Source of the DNA: Octopus vulgaris
Lineage: Eukaryota
Assembly: GCA_951406725.2 (NCBI GenBank)
Contig: OX597830.1
Span: forward strand, 8,308,001 to 8,372,000
Reading direction: 5' to 3'
Length of the DNA stretch: 64,000 nucleotides
Shown piece by piece: positions 37,983 to 52,010 of the stretch (position 1 is its first letter; each line of letters starts with the position of its first letter). A program made the translations under genes and the position numbers. The notes under the pieces are model-generated. The model searched no databases. It was not told where the DNA came from and saw only the letters and a list, made by a program, of their open reading frames with translations.

Positions 37983-40256
37983 TGACGGGCTTCTTCCAGT
38001 TTCCACCTACCAAATCCACTCACAAGGCTTTGGTCAGCCTGAGGCTATAGTAGAACACACTTGCCCAAGGTGCCACGCAGTGGGACTGAACCCAGGACCA
38101 TGTGGTTAGTAAGTAAGCTACTTACCACACATATACACACATGCCATATATATATATAAAGACAGGCTAAACTCACTCACAAGGCATTGGTCAGCCCAGG
38201 CTGAGCAATAGCAGAATAGACTTGTCTAAGATGCCATGCAGTGGGTCACGCTTCCCACAGTTTACCTGTCCAAAATTCACAGACGATCTAGTAACTACTG
38301 CCCAAAACTAGTCAAAGTGGTGTGTGACCAGAGATGTGGCCAGCACTGACCAGGTGGTGGTTCAATAAAACAAGTACAACAAATATCAGTGGAGATAAAA
38401 AAAAAAATATTAAAAAAATATCAAAAAAACAATGAAAGAAAAACACCTGCCAAATTATTTCTTGTCTAAATAAAATCTTTGCTGGTTTCAAACACAAAAA
38501 AACAAAATACTTTGGTAATTCTGAGAGGAACCGGTGGAGGCCTTTACTGCCAATTGGCTGCACATCAATTTTCTGGTTGTGGTCTTTGATGATTAACAGA
38601 GAGAAAATAGAATAGAATTGGGGGGAGGGGTTTAGGTGTAGAGAGCAGCAGTGAGGGTGGGGGTACAAGATAGGGGGCAGGTGTGGGGATAAAGGGTAAG
38701 GCTGATGAGGGTCAAGGAGAACAAGGTGGAGCATAGTGCTTGGGGATGGCTGTGAGGTGCAGTAAACAATCAGTGGGGGTGGGGGTAGGTGGGGGAGTGG
38801 ACTTGGGGAAGAGAAGTGAAGATGGGCGTGCAGTGGAGAGTGGGGTGGTGAGGGTGACCCTGTTGTGGAGAGTAGGGGTGGGGCAGTGAAGGTTGAAAAT
38901 GAATGAAGTGGAGGGTCAAGATTGGGAAGTGAGGGTGGAGACAAGGGGAAGCATACCATGGGGTAAGGGGAGCATTCTTGTAGCTATTTCAGTGGATATG
39001 AACAAACACACACGCACACACACAAATACATGTACACACGTGTGTGTGTGTGTATTCTTTTATTTGTTTCAGTCATTTGACTGTGGCCATGCTGGAGCAC
39101 TGTCTTTAGTCAAACAAATTGATTCCAGGATTCATTTTTTGTAAGCCTAGTACCTATTCTATCAGTCTCTTTTGCCAAACTGCTAAGTTACAGAGATGTA
39201 AACACCAGCATCGGTTGTGGTAGTTTTAGTAGTATTCGTGATGGTAGTAGTAGTTAGTAGTGGTTGTGGTGGTGGTGGCAATAGTAGTAGTAGTGGTGGT
39301 GGTGGTAGTGGTAGTAGTGTTGGTAGTGGTGGTGGTGGTTCCAGAAGAGGTAGTAGTACAAGTAGCAGTTAACTTGGGTGTTCTTTCATTGATTTTTTTT
39401 TCTCCTGATTCTTTTTTTCTTTTCTTTTGCGTTCATGAAAACATGACCAAACAAACAAAAAAAATAACAAAAAGAGAAAATAAATAACATGTAAAACAAA
39501 AAACTAAAAAAAAAACCAAAATGATTAAAACTCAGCAAAAAAAAAAGCAAAAAGCAAAAAAAAGCAACTATGTTTGAAGTGTTTAAAACTGGAGACACTA
39601 TATATAAATTTAGCCATTTCTATTTACAGTGTAAATAGCAGGGGAACGGTGGTGAGTTCCTTTTAAATAGCATCTTTGTTTCCCAGTTGAGTTTGTTCCA
39701 CTTCATAGATGTGTTTAAAACTGTGAGATTTCTCTCTGTTAATTAATAAACATCATCATTGTACTTTTTTCCAAATTTTACATTCCCATGTTTGCATGGA
39801 ACGGACTGAGTTCATTGAGGCAGATTTTCTACAACTGGGTGCTCTTACTGCTCCCAACCCTAACATGGTTGCAAGTAAGTTAATATTTCCCCAAGGCCAG
39901 ACATGTTTTCATGGCAGACTGGAAGCAAAAGATGTTGCCTGTATGACAGTGGCACTTGTTTACAGCTACCACACAAAGTCCAGATAATGACACAAAAACA
40001 CACATACACACATTTATGGGGGGGACGTGGACGGGGAGAGAGGAGGAGACAGGTAGGGGGAGGGATGGAGGGGAGGGGTAAGGTAACAGGCTTCTTTCAG
40101 TTTCTAACAAACAAACCTGCCCACGTGGCTTTGGTCAGCCTGGGGTTGTAGTGGAAGACTCTTACTGAAAGCGCCACACTATGGGACTGAACCTAAAACA
40201 TTGCGGTTGGGAAGGAAGCTTCCTAACTTCAATGCTTCAAAGACATTCTGTGTGTG

Positions 40257-40287
<31 letters not shown>

Positions 40288-42400
40288 CTATGTTTGTCCC
40301 CGGCACCATCATTTGACAACTGATGCTGGTGTGTTTACATCTCCGTAACTTAGCGGTCCGGCAAAAGAGACTGATAGGATAAGTACCAGGGTTGATTTGT
40401 TCGACTAAAGGTGCTGTTCCAGCATGGCCACAGTCAAATGACTGAAGCAAATAAAAGAATAAAAGATATATATATATATTTGGGAATGACTATAGGCAGA
40501 TGGTTAGCTGTTAAGAAGTTTGCTTCCAAACCACATGGTTTCAGGTTCATTTCCACTGCACAGTACCATTGATAATCATTCTCTATTATAGTCTGAAGAT
40601 GACCAAAGCCTTGTGAGGGGATTTGATCGATGGAAACTGAAAGAAGTCCATCATGTGTGTGTGTGTATGTGTGTGTGTGTGTGTGTGTACATTTGTATGT
40701 CTCTTCAATTTTTTTATTTTTATTATTCTTCCTCTGAGGAGGAAGCCAGTTTCCAACTAAGATACAAGGCTCCAGCTTTGGGATGTAGTTAACAGACAAA
40801 TTCACATTTGGAACTTGAGAAAAGTCTTGCATATTTTTACTGTTCCTCTCACAGATTGCACTTGTAATGTACAAATCAGCCAGTCAGTTTCTCTTTCTGA
40901 AAATCCCAGTTTATCCAGATTCTTCTTTAAGCATTTACTAACAAAACCTATTGCCCCAATTATTATTGGTATGAATATGAATTCATAGTCTGGATATAGA
41001 AGCTGGAGGTTTCAAAGCAGTTGTCCACAGATATCATATTTTTCCTTAATTTTAAAAGAGATATTTATATCAGGAGGGCAGTTGACCTCTATGGTGGTAC
41101 ATACCTTTGCCCCTCTGTCCCAAACAACAATATTCGGTCTGTTATGTTTACATTTGACAGACGTTTTGATGGGAATATTCCATCAGTCTTCCTTGAGTTG
41201 GTGTTTATGAATGTTTTCCATAACAGAGGGATTTTCCAAGTTTATCTCAGGACAGTCTTTTTTACGGAGTGTTTGTCTTCCTTGCCCTGAAACCATGCAA
41301 TATTCATAAGAGGAGTATTTCCATCCTGTAAGCAGTGTCCTTTGCTTACAATCCTTTGTGATAAACACATCTGGCCAAGGGGAAATATTACCTTGCTTGG
41401 AAACAGGCGAGGGTTTGGAACAGGAAGAGCACCGAGCCATAGAAAATCTGCCTCAGCAAATTCCATTTGACCCATGGAAGCATGGAAAAGTGGACACTAA
41501 ATGACGATAACATCTCAACCTTCAACTTCTTTCCCAATCTACTCTTCAAACTCCTTCAGCTTCTTTCCATTTTACTTCAACTTATTCTTCGTCCTTCTTT
41601 CCTTTTCTTCTCCATCCTTTTCTCCAGCCTTTCATCTTCCAGTTACTTAAATCTGTTGATCATATTTAAATTTGGCCACGTTCCTAAAGGAACTCTTATG
41701 ATTTACCTTCTTCAATGGGTCGCTAACAGAACAACTGAACTATATTGGCACCGACCAGTTTGGCAAACTGACAACTTATGGGTGCGTGAAGGGCTTTTTA
41801 TGAAATTTCAATGCAGTCCAGAATGGTTGTGTGTGTGTGTGTGTGTATAACAGCTGTGTGTATGTCTGTGTATACATATCTGCATACCTGAGAGTGTGTG
41901 CGTGGTGGAGGGAGGGGGACAGTCCATGTATCTTTTACTTTTCACTTGTTTCAGTCATTAGACTGTGGCCATGCTGGGGCACTACCATGAAGAATTTTCG
42001 GTCAAATTAATCAAATCCCAGTACTATTTTCCTTTTTTTAAGCCTGATACTTATTCTATCAGTCTCTTTTGTCAGACTGCTAAGTTACAGGGATGTAAAC
42101 AAACCAAGACCAGTTGTCAAGCAGTAGTGGAGTACACACACACACACACAACAGGCTTCTTCCAGTTTCCATCTACCAAATCCACTCACAAGAATTTGAT
42201 CGGCCCAAGGCTATAGTAGAAGACACTTCTCCAAGATACCACACAGTGGGACTGAACCCAGGAGCAGAGCTCTAATAGATGGAATAGTTATAAAGTTGAT
42301 AAACCATTAACCCCTTGGCCATAGGTTCAAATCTCACAACTGTCTTATTAACGGTAATGAGCTTGCAGAACCCTCAATGTTTTGGACAAAACACTTTGTA

Positions 42401-42523
42401 CAATTCTATATTTAAAAGATGAGGAATTATTTACACCAGGCGATGAAGGCTGGAGTGTATATCAGCCGAAACATGTTAACAACAAACAAGAAGAGGACAA
42501 ATATCCGTCAAATGTAAATAATG
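42401..42523 (+). mobile_element. Truncated Penelope-like repeat of the same family as 51950-52110, with a broken hammerhead, an inverted 5' piece and a TSD
   Basis: GATGA-A-GGCTG-gagtgtatat-CAGCC-GAAA followed by the family tail (aacaaacaag...ccgtcaaatgtaaataatg). The 5' piece ...gaattatttaca is inverted relative to the tail. AAA(A/G)CACTTTGTA flanks it at 42388-42400 and 42524-42536. Confidence 0.65.
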
Positions 42524-42639
42524 AAAGCACTTTGTAATTTCATCATCATCATCATCGTTTAGCATCCGTTTTCCATGCTAGCATGGGTTTCAGCAATTAA
42601 CGAACAAGGTCATTAATAAAATAATGAGTTTACACTTAC

Positions 42640-42791
42640 ATCACTTTCTTTGTGGATTTCCGTCTGACCACGAGTCCGAATGGCCTTTTTACATAAGAAA
42701 CTACGTAATCACAGTTTGCTATGTCTGTCAGTTTGGCCGGTTTGTGAACGTCAATAGGCACCTCATACCGGGTGTTTTCCGGGTCAAAAAT
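42640..42791 (-). CDS. GAA: GH31 lysosomal alpha-glucosidase-like, internal exon (equivalent to human GAA exon 3), 152 nt
   Basis: Acceptor tttcttacag|ATT, donor GAT|gtaagt. Translates IFDPENTRYEVPIDVHKPAKLTDIANCDYVVSYVKRPFGLVVRRKSTKKV(I), matching the GAA N-terminal beta-sheet segment (human IKDPANRRYEVPL...PFGVIVRR). Ends in phase 2. Not in the ORF track. Confidence 0.92.
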
Positions 42792-43909
42792 CTGTAAGAA
42801 ATACAAAGACAATATTATAACTCATCGTCATCACTTTTGTTTTAATGACTACTTTTCTATGGCTGGGTGTTGTTCCTGTCACCAACCCTCATCTGTTACC
42901 AAGCAACATAATTTCCTCCCTTGCCAGACATGTTTTCACAGAAGATTATCAATGAACCACTCTCATGTCAACCAGCGTGTAATGTCAAATGAAAGGGATT
43001 CACACCCACATATATACACACACGTGTATATACATACACACACACACATACATATACACATACATGCACACGTGCACACACACAAAGTGCTTCTTTCAGT
43101 TTCCATCTACCAAATCCACTCACAAAGCTTTGGTTGGCCCAAAGTCAGAGTAGGAGACATTTATTGAAAGAGCACCATGGCCATTCATGACTGAAGGGAG
43201 TCGCAACTTTCTTTAATGAGTAAAATAGAAAAAAATTATCATAGGTGCAAACATGGCTGTTTAGTTAAGAAGTCCATGCCCCAAGCACATAGTGCCAAGT
43301 TCAAACCCACAGCGCAGCACCTTCGGCAAGTGTCTTCTACAATAGTCAAAGACAAATCAAAGCTTTGAGTGGATTTTGCTAAGACAAACTGAAAGAAGCT
43401 TATCATACACATGTATGTACACAAACATGTGTGTGTGTGTGTATGTGTGCACATTGGGTTCTCCTTGTCTCAACAGCACATGATGGTTGTGATTGAATGT
43501 CACCATCAAACAAGCAGTGTCATGCATTTCCAAGAAAAACACATCCAGTTATGGAAGAATATTATCTTACTTGGGAACAGGCAGGGATTGGAAATAAGAA
43601 AGACATCGAGCCTTAAAAAAAATCTGCCTTAATGGAGTCCCTCTGAGCCATGCAAACATGGAAAAATGGACGTTAAAATAATAAAAATATGGTAATAAAG
43701 AATACGGTAAGGATTTATAAGGAACACACGATAGGATAATAAAATACTGCACAAAATTAACTTCAGTTTGATTAAAATAATCACTTTTTTCTAAAAGCTT
43801 TCTTGCAGAACATAGCATGGGCAATTTGTAACATATCATTTAATGAACAGTAGGTGAAGGTGCGGGGGAGTTCTTGATGGACCAATCTACACAATACAAG
43901 TTTCAGGTA

Positions 43910-44122
43910 CAGGGTGTGGCAAAAATAACCTCATGCATTTTACAGGTTGATAAAAATTTCAACAGTAGCGACAGAAAAAGCGCAGGTTTAAATCCTGATA
44001 ATGACATGGAAAGAAAATGGTAAAACATTAGCTGCATGGAGACACCAGAGCCATCTGTGTAACTTTATTTGAGCCACACTCATGGCCATGCAAAATACAG
44101 GAGGTTTTTCTGCCACACCTTG
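43910..44122. mobile_element. Tc1/mariner-type MITE
   Basis: TIRs cagggtgtggcaaaaataacctc / gaggtttttctgccacaccttg, flanked by TA on both sides. Confidence 0.7.
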
Positions 44123-44504
44123 TATTTTGATTTACACTGTGTTCTATAAAGACACACTGTTTAATAAACAACATGGCTGGCTACAAACATACAGGCTAAT
44201 CAGGACACTTGACAACTGGTGTTGAGTGTGTTTACATTCTTATAACTTAGCAGTTTGACAAAAGAAGACTGATAGAATAAGTATGCTTAACAAAAAGTAA
44301 ACACTGGGGGTGATTCATTCAACTAAAATTCTTCAAGGCAGTGCCCCAGCTTGGCCACGCTCTAATGACTGAAACAAGTAGAAGATAAAAGGCACACACA
44401 CACACATTAATATGTAGCAATTTAAATTACAAGTTGGTTGTGCAGCTGTAGAGGGAATAACTATCCCTAAAACAGACCTGAAATATGATTCTCAGCTCTT
44501 TTTA

Positions 44505-44896
44505 TCTCTCTATATATAAAGCTGAAGTTGTCTGTGTATGGCAGGTTTGGTAGCCTTCAACTAACACTGTCTCCTCCGAGACCCTGCGGCACAAGTTGAC
44601 CAAAATTGAGAGTATGATAGAAGAAGGCTTGCTCTTCCTTCCGTAGCAGAAAAAATTCAAATCGGACAACGTTAACACCAAAAATTATTTACATCAAAAA
44701 GTTGCTTTTTTCTTTAAAAATCCCTATTTTTTACGATTTTTTCACTGCTGTGTCACCATTTTTTAGTGTATTTCAACCAGAAAAATGTTAACTTAAAGAG
44801 AATAACAAGCTACATAATGCAAAATTTTTACTTTTCAAAAATTCCAATTCTAAAGGGTTTGAAACAATCCCAAGCAATGCCAGGCGATACTGCTAG
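44505..44896 (+). mobile_element. Non-autonomous Helitron, apparently full length (about 390 bp)
   Basis: A|TCTCTCTATATATAAA 5' end. 3' subterminal hairpin cccaagcaatgccagg followed by CTAG|T. Inserted at an AT site with no TSD. Confidence 0.8.
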
Positions 44897-45164
44897 TTTA
44901 CTTAAAAGAGCAATCAGATGTTTCACATTATCTGCAGCATCTACAACTAAAAGGCTTTCACACACACACATGCACACACACACATGCACATACACACATG
45001 CTATAGATGTATGTATGTAAGAGAAAGACAAACCCACACATAAAGGGGGGGGGGGGTTCAATTACTGGTTTCACTTTCCCTTTATCCACACTGGAATGGA
45101 TTGGATGGACGTGTACGAGTGGTGTACTTTTGTTGCAATCAAATATATGTCATAACAAAATAAC

Positions 45165-45218
<54 letters not shown>

Positions 45219-45278
45219 AAAAAAAATATATATATATAATATATATATCCCAAATCAACACACAACTGTGTATGTATA

Positions 45279-45349
<71 letters not shown>

Positions 45350-46189
45350 GATATATATATATATATATAAATAGATATATACATACACACACATACACAT
45401 GAGTATTTGTGTGAATGTAAAACAGTATATTTATGGATAAAAGTGCAAAATTGCAAATGCATACATATAGACATGTACATAGATACATACACATACATAT
45501 GGACACATACACATGTACTTATATATATATATATATACACACACACACATACATGCACACAGATGTTCAAATACATACACTTAGATAAACAGATAGGTAC
45601 AGACATAAGTACACGCACAAGCAGATATATATTTATACACATGCACATCCATATATATATATATGCATGTGTGCGAATGTTTGAATATATATGTGCGTGT
45701 GTGGATATATATATATATACACACATACATACATACAGATATACACACAAATTCTGGACTGTTTGGCTCACTATAGTATCACTATATTTATTCCACCTCC
45801 ACCACCACCACAACCACCATACTCCAACCATCATCGTCATCATCATTGCCAACCCACCACATTTATCCCCCGACCCTTCACTCGTTTCTTCCATCCCAAC
45901 CATCCACAGTCACCCCCTTCACCATCATCACTGACCACATTTCCCTCCAGCCCTTGCCCACTGCCACCAACACATCACGCTCAGCGCCACTCCGAACCCA
46001 TCCTTGCCCACCCCACAAGCCTCCCACTCTACCCGCATCCGTCCACCCTCACCACTTCCACCAATTTCTAAAACACTAATTTTCCATAATCAATTGAACT
46101 TTGTCCAAATATATGTATGTGAGTAAGTATGTATAAATATCTATCTATATATATATATATCTATATATCTGTCTACATATCTATCTATC

Positions 46190-46222
<33 letters not shown>

Positions 46223-46239
46223 ATATGTGTATGTATGTA

Positions 46240-46294
<55 letters not shown>

Positions 46295-46323
46295 GTGTGT
46301 GTGTATATAAATGTATCTATCTA

Positions 46324-46364
<41 letters not shown>

Positions 46365-46493
46365 CTATGTCTACATATGTATCTATCTATCTATCTATAT
46401 ATGTATATCTATATGTGTGTGTGTGTGTATATATATATACACACACACATATATATAGATATATATATATATATGTATACACATACTTCTGCA

Positions 46494-46536
<43 letters not shown>

Positions 46537-47687
46537 ATACATGAGCAGATGTGTGTGGGTGGGTAGGTATGTGTGTATATGTATATATGCATATATGTAT
46601 GTGTGTGTATATGTATGTATGTGTATGGAAATAGTTAATTGATTACTTCTGTCCATCTTCCCCAATTACGGTAATTTGCCTTGGAATCACTTCTCCTGCC
46701 GGATAGTTCCAATTAGCAATCTTAATTACAATGTTTTATAAGTCATACAACAACAACTACTACTACTACTACTATAACCATCGCTGCTGTTACCACAATA
46801 ACAACAGCAACAACAGTACCAGTCATTGTTTGAGCTGAGATGTTTTAAAACAAAAACAACTGAAACGTGTGTAATAGTACTACTACTATTACTACTACTA
46901 CTACTACTACTAATAATAATAATAATAAGTGATACTGAGGCAACCAAGATAATAATAAAAGAAAAAGAAGACACTACTGAACACCGAAAAAGTTCGGAAC
47001 TTTTAGAAGAATTTGGTGCTGTTCATAAATGGTTGAGAGAATTTCAATTAAAAAAAGCTGATGGTGTTGGCAATTAGCTAACGAGTGGGTAATTTGTGTC
47101 AAAAAGAAAAAGATTAATCAGTACTCCTGCACATTACAGTTTCTAATTTTCTCCAAGATGGTTTTAAATTGGTCAACAGAATCGAAGGTGAAGAATCGGT
47201 CTGAGAAGGGTGAATATAAGGAAGTATAAGAGACAAGAACTTTCTCACCTTGGTTAGCGAGGTTAAAATACCTGAGCAGGCATGCTTGATTAGATGTAAA
47301 TTTATGAGAACACATTTAGCAGTGTGGTTAAAGGTGTGTGCTTCATAACCATGCAGTGCCTAGTTCCATCCCACACTGCACTACACTTCAGCAAGTGCTT
47401 TATATCAATGGATTCACTAATAATTTGAGAATGGTATTTGTTACGAGACAGCTGTGTAGAGCCCTTAATACACACATACACACACATCTTAATCTTTAGA
47501 CTGTGGCCATATTGGGGCACTGCTATGAAGGATTTAATCAAGCAAATCAACCCCAGTTTTTGAAGGTTGGACCTTATTCTATCAGTCTCTTTTGGCTGAT
47601 TTGCTAAGTTATGCTTGACTAAAGATGGTGATCCAGCATGACTGCAGTCAAATGACTGAAACAATAAAAGAATAAAAGAAAAAAAGA

Positions 47688-47726
<39 letters not shown>

Positions 47727-47871
47727 TACACCAACATGCATGTGTGCGTTTGTGTATTTTTATAAAACCAAAACAATGCAAGTTATAAGAAATAATGCAA
47801 GTTGATGGTTTGAACTTTGTACTTCAATATTTCTGGAGAGGAGTCAGACTCCTAACACCATTTCACCAAAG

Positions 47872-47911
47872 ATTTCTTGAAGAAGGGGTCCTATCCCCGA
47901 AATATTGGAAT
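47872..47911 (+). ncRNA. Degenerate minimal hammerhead motif, third family, in a short inverted-repeat element (about 47795-47945)
   Basis: atttc-TTGAAGA-A-GGGG-tcctat-CCCC-GAAA-ta-T-T-ggaat (C3 changed to T; palindrome AATATT). An inverted partial copy lies at about 47800-47840. Confidence 0.5.
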
Positions 47912-49512
47912 ACAAAGTGAAAGTACAAACCACTGACCTGTATCGCTTTACAAAAACTTAAATCGTTTTATGTTTGTAAAAAAAGAAAATGAAAAATTTA
48001 TATGTCATAGGCATAGGAGTGGCTGTGTGGTAAGTAGCTTGCTTATGAACCACATGGTTCCGAGTTCAGTCCCACTGCGTGGCACCTTGGCAAGTGTCTT
48101 CTATTGTAGCCTCGGGCCGACCAAAGCCTTGTGAGTGGATTTGGTAGATGGAAACTGAATGAAGCCCGTTGTGTATATGTGTGTGTGTGTATGTATTTGT
48201 CTCCACCCAACATCACTTGACAACCGATGCTGGTGTGTTTACATCCCTGTAACTTAGCTGTTTGGCAAATTGAGACCAATAGAATAAGTACTAGGCTTAC
48301 AAAGAATAAGCCCTGGGGTCGATTTGCTCGACTAAAGGCGGTGCTCCAGCATGGCCACAGTCAAATGACTGAAACAAGTAAAAGAGTATATCAGATAATG
48401 TTTCATGCAAACTACACACATACATTGATTGTCTTTTGAGATTCTGTTTAAGACTAGCAGAATAAAAAGTTTCTGACTTTGAACTCTGACCTAGAGTTTA
48501 AGTAAAGAAATTCTAAAGGTCAAATATGGTAAAGGACTGAAGCGTTATGATAATTAGAAAAGGAAATAACAGGGTGTCAATACCAAGCGCTTGGTATTGA
48601 GTACTTGGTATTGAGTAACACAACAGATTTAAAGATGTCACTGAGGAGAGAGAGCGAGGAAGGGGGAGAGAGGCAGAAAGAGAAAGAGAGAGGAGCGGAC
48701 AGAGGAAGAGAGAAAGGAGCAGACACAGACAGACATGCAGGCAGACAGACATTCTGGCAGACAGACATGGAGGCAGACAGACATGCAGGCAGATAGACAG
48801 ATCAAAGAAGAAAAAAGTCCTCCCCCCCTCCGCCATCTATTTCTTTATTTAGTTTTGGTGTCTGAAGAGAATGTAAATAAAGTTGAATATACAACAACAA
48901 CAACAACAACTATGACCATAGAGTCTCCTCTGGTGATAAATCACTGCTTTTGAATAGAAAGGTGGGCTGAAGTGGAGGAGGGGGAACTTTCAAATAAGTT
49001 TTTAAAGAAAGAAACAGAAAAGATTCTAACAAAGAAAAAATAACAGAAAAATAACAAAGAAAAAGAATCAGGAAAAAGAAGAAAAAAAAGAAACTGAGAA
49101 AAAGATTTGTGTCCAGCTGGAGAAGACCCAAAGTTAAAATTAACCAGACTGTCCAAAAGATGTGATTATATATTCATACTGTCCGAGATGAACTGCTAAT
49201 AGAAAATAGCAAATGGTCAATGCTATTTCCAACGGAATAAGTCTTTGAGGTTTTAACCTCAACTTTGAAGAAAAAAACAAAAAAAAAAAAAAATTATAAT
49301 CTTTGATCCTTTGCTTGATTACTTGATTCAGTCAGTGGACTGTGGTCATACTGGGGCACTGCCTTGAAAGGTTTTAGTTAAACTAATTTTAGTTAAACTT
49401 ATCTTTTAAGCCCAGTACTCGTTCCATCGGTTGGGGCATAAACAAATGCCAGTTGTCAAGGTGGTGGTAGTGGTGGAGGGGACAAACACACACAAAGACA
49501 CACACACGCGTG

Positions 49513-49545
<33 letters not shown>

Positions 49546-49744
49546 GCATATATGTGATGGGACAAATCTTTTGGAAGGTTCATGTCTTTCTGATACTCTA
49601 AGACTTTTTACTAAAATATCTAATAATTTTTAAGAAAATCCTCCTTTGAGTTTATATAACTATCATCATCATTTAACATCTGCCTTCCATGCTGGCATGG
49701 ATGATAGAAGCTATGGAGACTGGTACATCGTCAAAATTTATTTC

Positions 49745-50596
49745 GGGATGAGTTGGTGAAGCATGACCTTCGAACACTGGGCCTCACAGAGGCAATGACA
49801 AAAGATCGAGACCTCTGGAGGAATGCTGTGACTGAAAAGACCCAGCAAATAAAGTGAGTTCACCACTGTAACCTACACCAGTGTCGCACAACCAGCCCCA
49901 GCCCACTCAAAAGTACCTTGGATCATAGGGCGACAGGCCATGCTTGAGGAGACCTATTCAGTCAAGTACATCAAAACCAAAATCAAGAGAAAATTGTAAT
50001 TGAGATCCTTCAGCCGGTGACATGTAAAAAGCACCATCCAAACGTGGCTGATGCCAACCCCGCTTTGACTGGTTTCTGTGCAGGTGGCACGTAAAAAGCA
50101 CCAACCGATTGTGGAAGGGCATCCAACTGTAGAAACACTAGTATCATCAGACTGGAGCCTGGTGCAGCCTTCTGGCTTCCCAGACCCCAGTCAAACCGTC
50201 CAGCCCATGCCAGCACTTGAAAGAAGCTCGTCATCTATATGTATATATATATATGTATGTGTGTGTATACGTTTGTGTGTCTGTGTTTGTTCCCCCCCCC
50301 CTCCCAACATCACTTGACAACCGATATGCTGGTGTGTTTACGTCCCCGGCAAAAGAGACCGATAGAATAATTACTAGGCTTACAAAGAATAAGTCCTGGG
50401 GTCGATTTGCTCGACTAAAGGTGGTGCTCCAGCATGGCCACAGGCGACTGAAACAAGTAAAAGAGTAAAGAGCAAAGAGTATGAATGAATTTCTTGAACT
50501 GTGTTTAATAAGTTAAATCATATACAGATTATTTCTATATATATGTGTATATATCATCATCATCATTTAAAGCAGATGTTAAATGATGATGATGAT
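49745..50596 (+). mobile_element. RTE LINE 3' end, interrupted near its tail
   Basis: DELVKHDLRTLGLTEAMTKDRDLWRNAVTEKTQQIK* followed by a 3' UTR with gtggcacgtaaaaagcacc repeats. The tail is split by an insert at about 50218-50570. Confidence 0.7.
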
Positions 50597-50669
50597 ATAT
50601 ACACACATATATAGAAATAACCAATATATGATTTAACTTATTAAACACAGTTCAAGAAATTCATTCATA
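50480..50669. repeat. Near-perfect palindrome with 91-bp arms and an 8-nt spacer
   Basis: 50480-50570 is the reverse complement of 50579-50669, with a few mismatches. Confidence 0.9.
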
Positions 50670-51388
50670 TTTAAGCAATGGAAGAGATTAGATGTTAAAA
50701 TAGATTATAGTTTTTATTTTTTTATGTTGTCATACAATTTGTTTTATACGAAAAAACTCAGATATTCATGAATTGTGAATGAATTTGGTAGATGGAAACT
50801 GAGGGGAAGATTGTAGCATGTGTGTGTGTCTGTCTGTATGTATGTCTGTATGTGTGCATGGATGCACACACGCAACCACCAAAATCTTGTGAACAGATTT
50901 GATAGAAGGAAGCTGAAAGAAATCTGTTCTGTGTGTGTGTGTGTGTACACACATGCAACACGTTTCTTTAAGCTTCCTTCTACCAAATCAGATCACAAGA
51001 TTTTTGGTTGACCCAGAGTTAAAGTAGAAGGCATTTGTCCAAGGTGCTATGAATTGGGATTGAACCAAGAACTATCAATCAGTTAGGAAGTGGATTTCTC
51101 AACCACATACATCTCATACCGGCATCGATGGATGTATACCTATCTCTTTACTACCCACAAGGGGCTAAACACAGAGAGGACAAACAAGGACAGACAAACG
51201 GATTAAGTCGATTATATCGACCCCCAGTGCGTAACTGGTACTTAATTTATCAACCCCGAAAGGATGAAAGGCAAAGTCGACCTCGGCAGAATTTGAACTC
51301 AGAACGTAACAGCAGACAAAATACTGTTTAGCATTTCGCCCGGCGTGCTAACGTTTCTGTCAGCTCACCACTGGATGTATGTATACTG

Positions 51389-51438
<50 letters not shown>

Positions 51439-52010
51439 ACACGCAAGCACGCACACACCCCACAACTCCCTAGGCATTGATGAATGCAGTTTAATCCAGA
51501 AAATCAGGTTTGTTGAGATTTTAAATGGAATCTTTTGAAGAATCCTGATGGAATGTGTTCCGATCAACAGGAGAATTCTTCCGGTGAATCACAGCAAGAA
51601 ACTTATTGATAACACAGAAACATGGAAACGGGTAGCAGAGGTGGGAGGTGGGTGGGACGATATGCTAATGAAATGATGCGGAACGGAAGATTGAAGAGAT
51701 CAGAGTAGGGGGTATGTCATGACATTAAAAGGGTTAAGTGAGAAATTCAAGAACAGCTTTGAGATTCTGAGCAGAGATTATTGTTTAACCCTAAGTTCAG
51801 CAGCAATTCAGTAGACCTATGATCAAAAGCATTCCAGCCATGACCATCATCTTTGTCATTTTAATAATGTCCACTTTTCCATGCATGGAACCCTTGATTT
51901 TCTTTATGGCAAGGTGCCTTTTATGTAGACAATCTTCAAAGAATACGGTAAAGAAATTATTTACATTATTTACATTTGACGGATATTTGTCCTCATCTTG
52001 TTTGTTGTTA

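Noticed and set aside
38312-38959. 215-aa Pro/Ser-rich ORF
   Set aside because: It is a translation of a G-rich low-complexity tract with no recognisable domain.
41154-41195. Minus-strand GATGG-loop-CCATC-AAAACGTC fragment resembling a hammerhead 3' half
   Set aside because: Both the core and GAAA are disrupted, so it is too degenerate to call.
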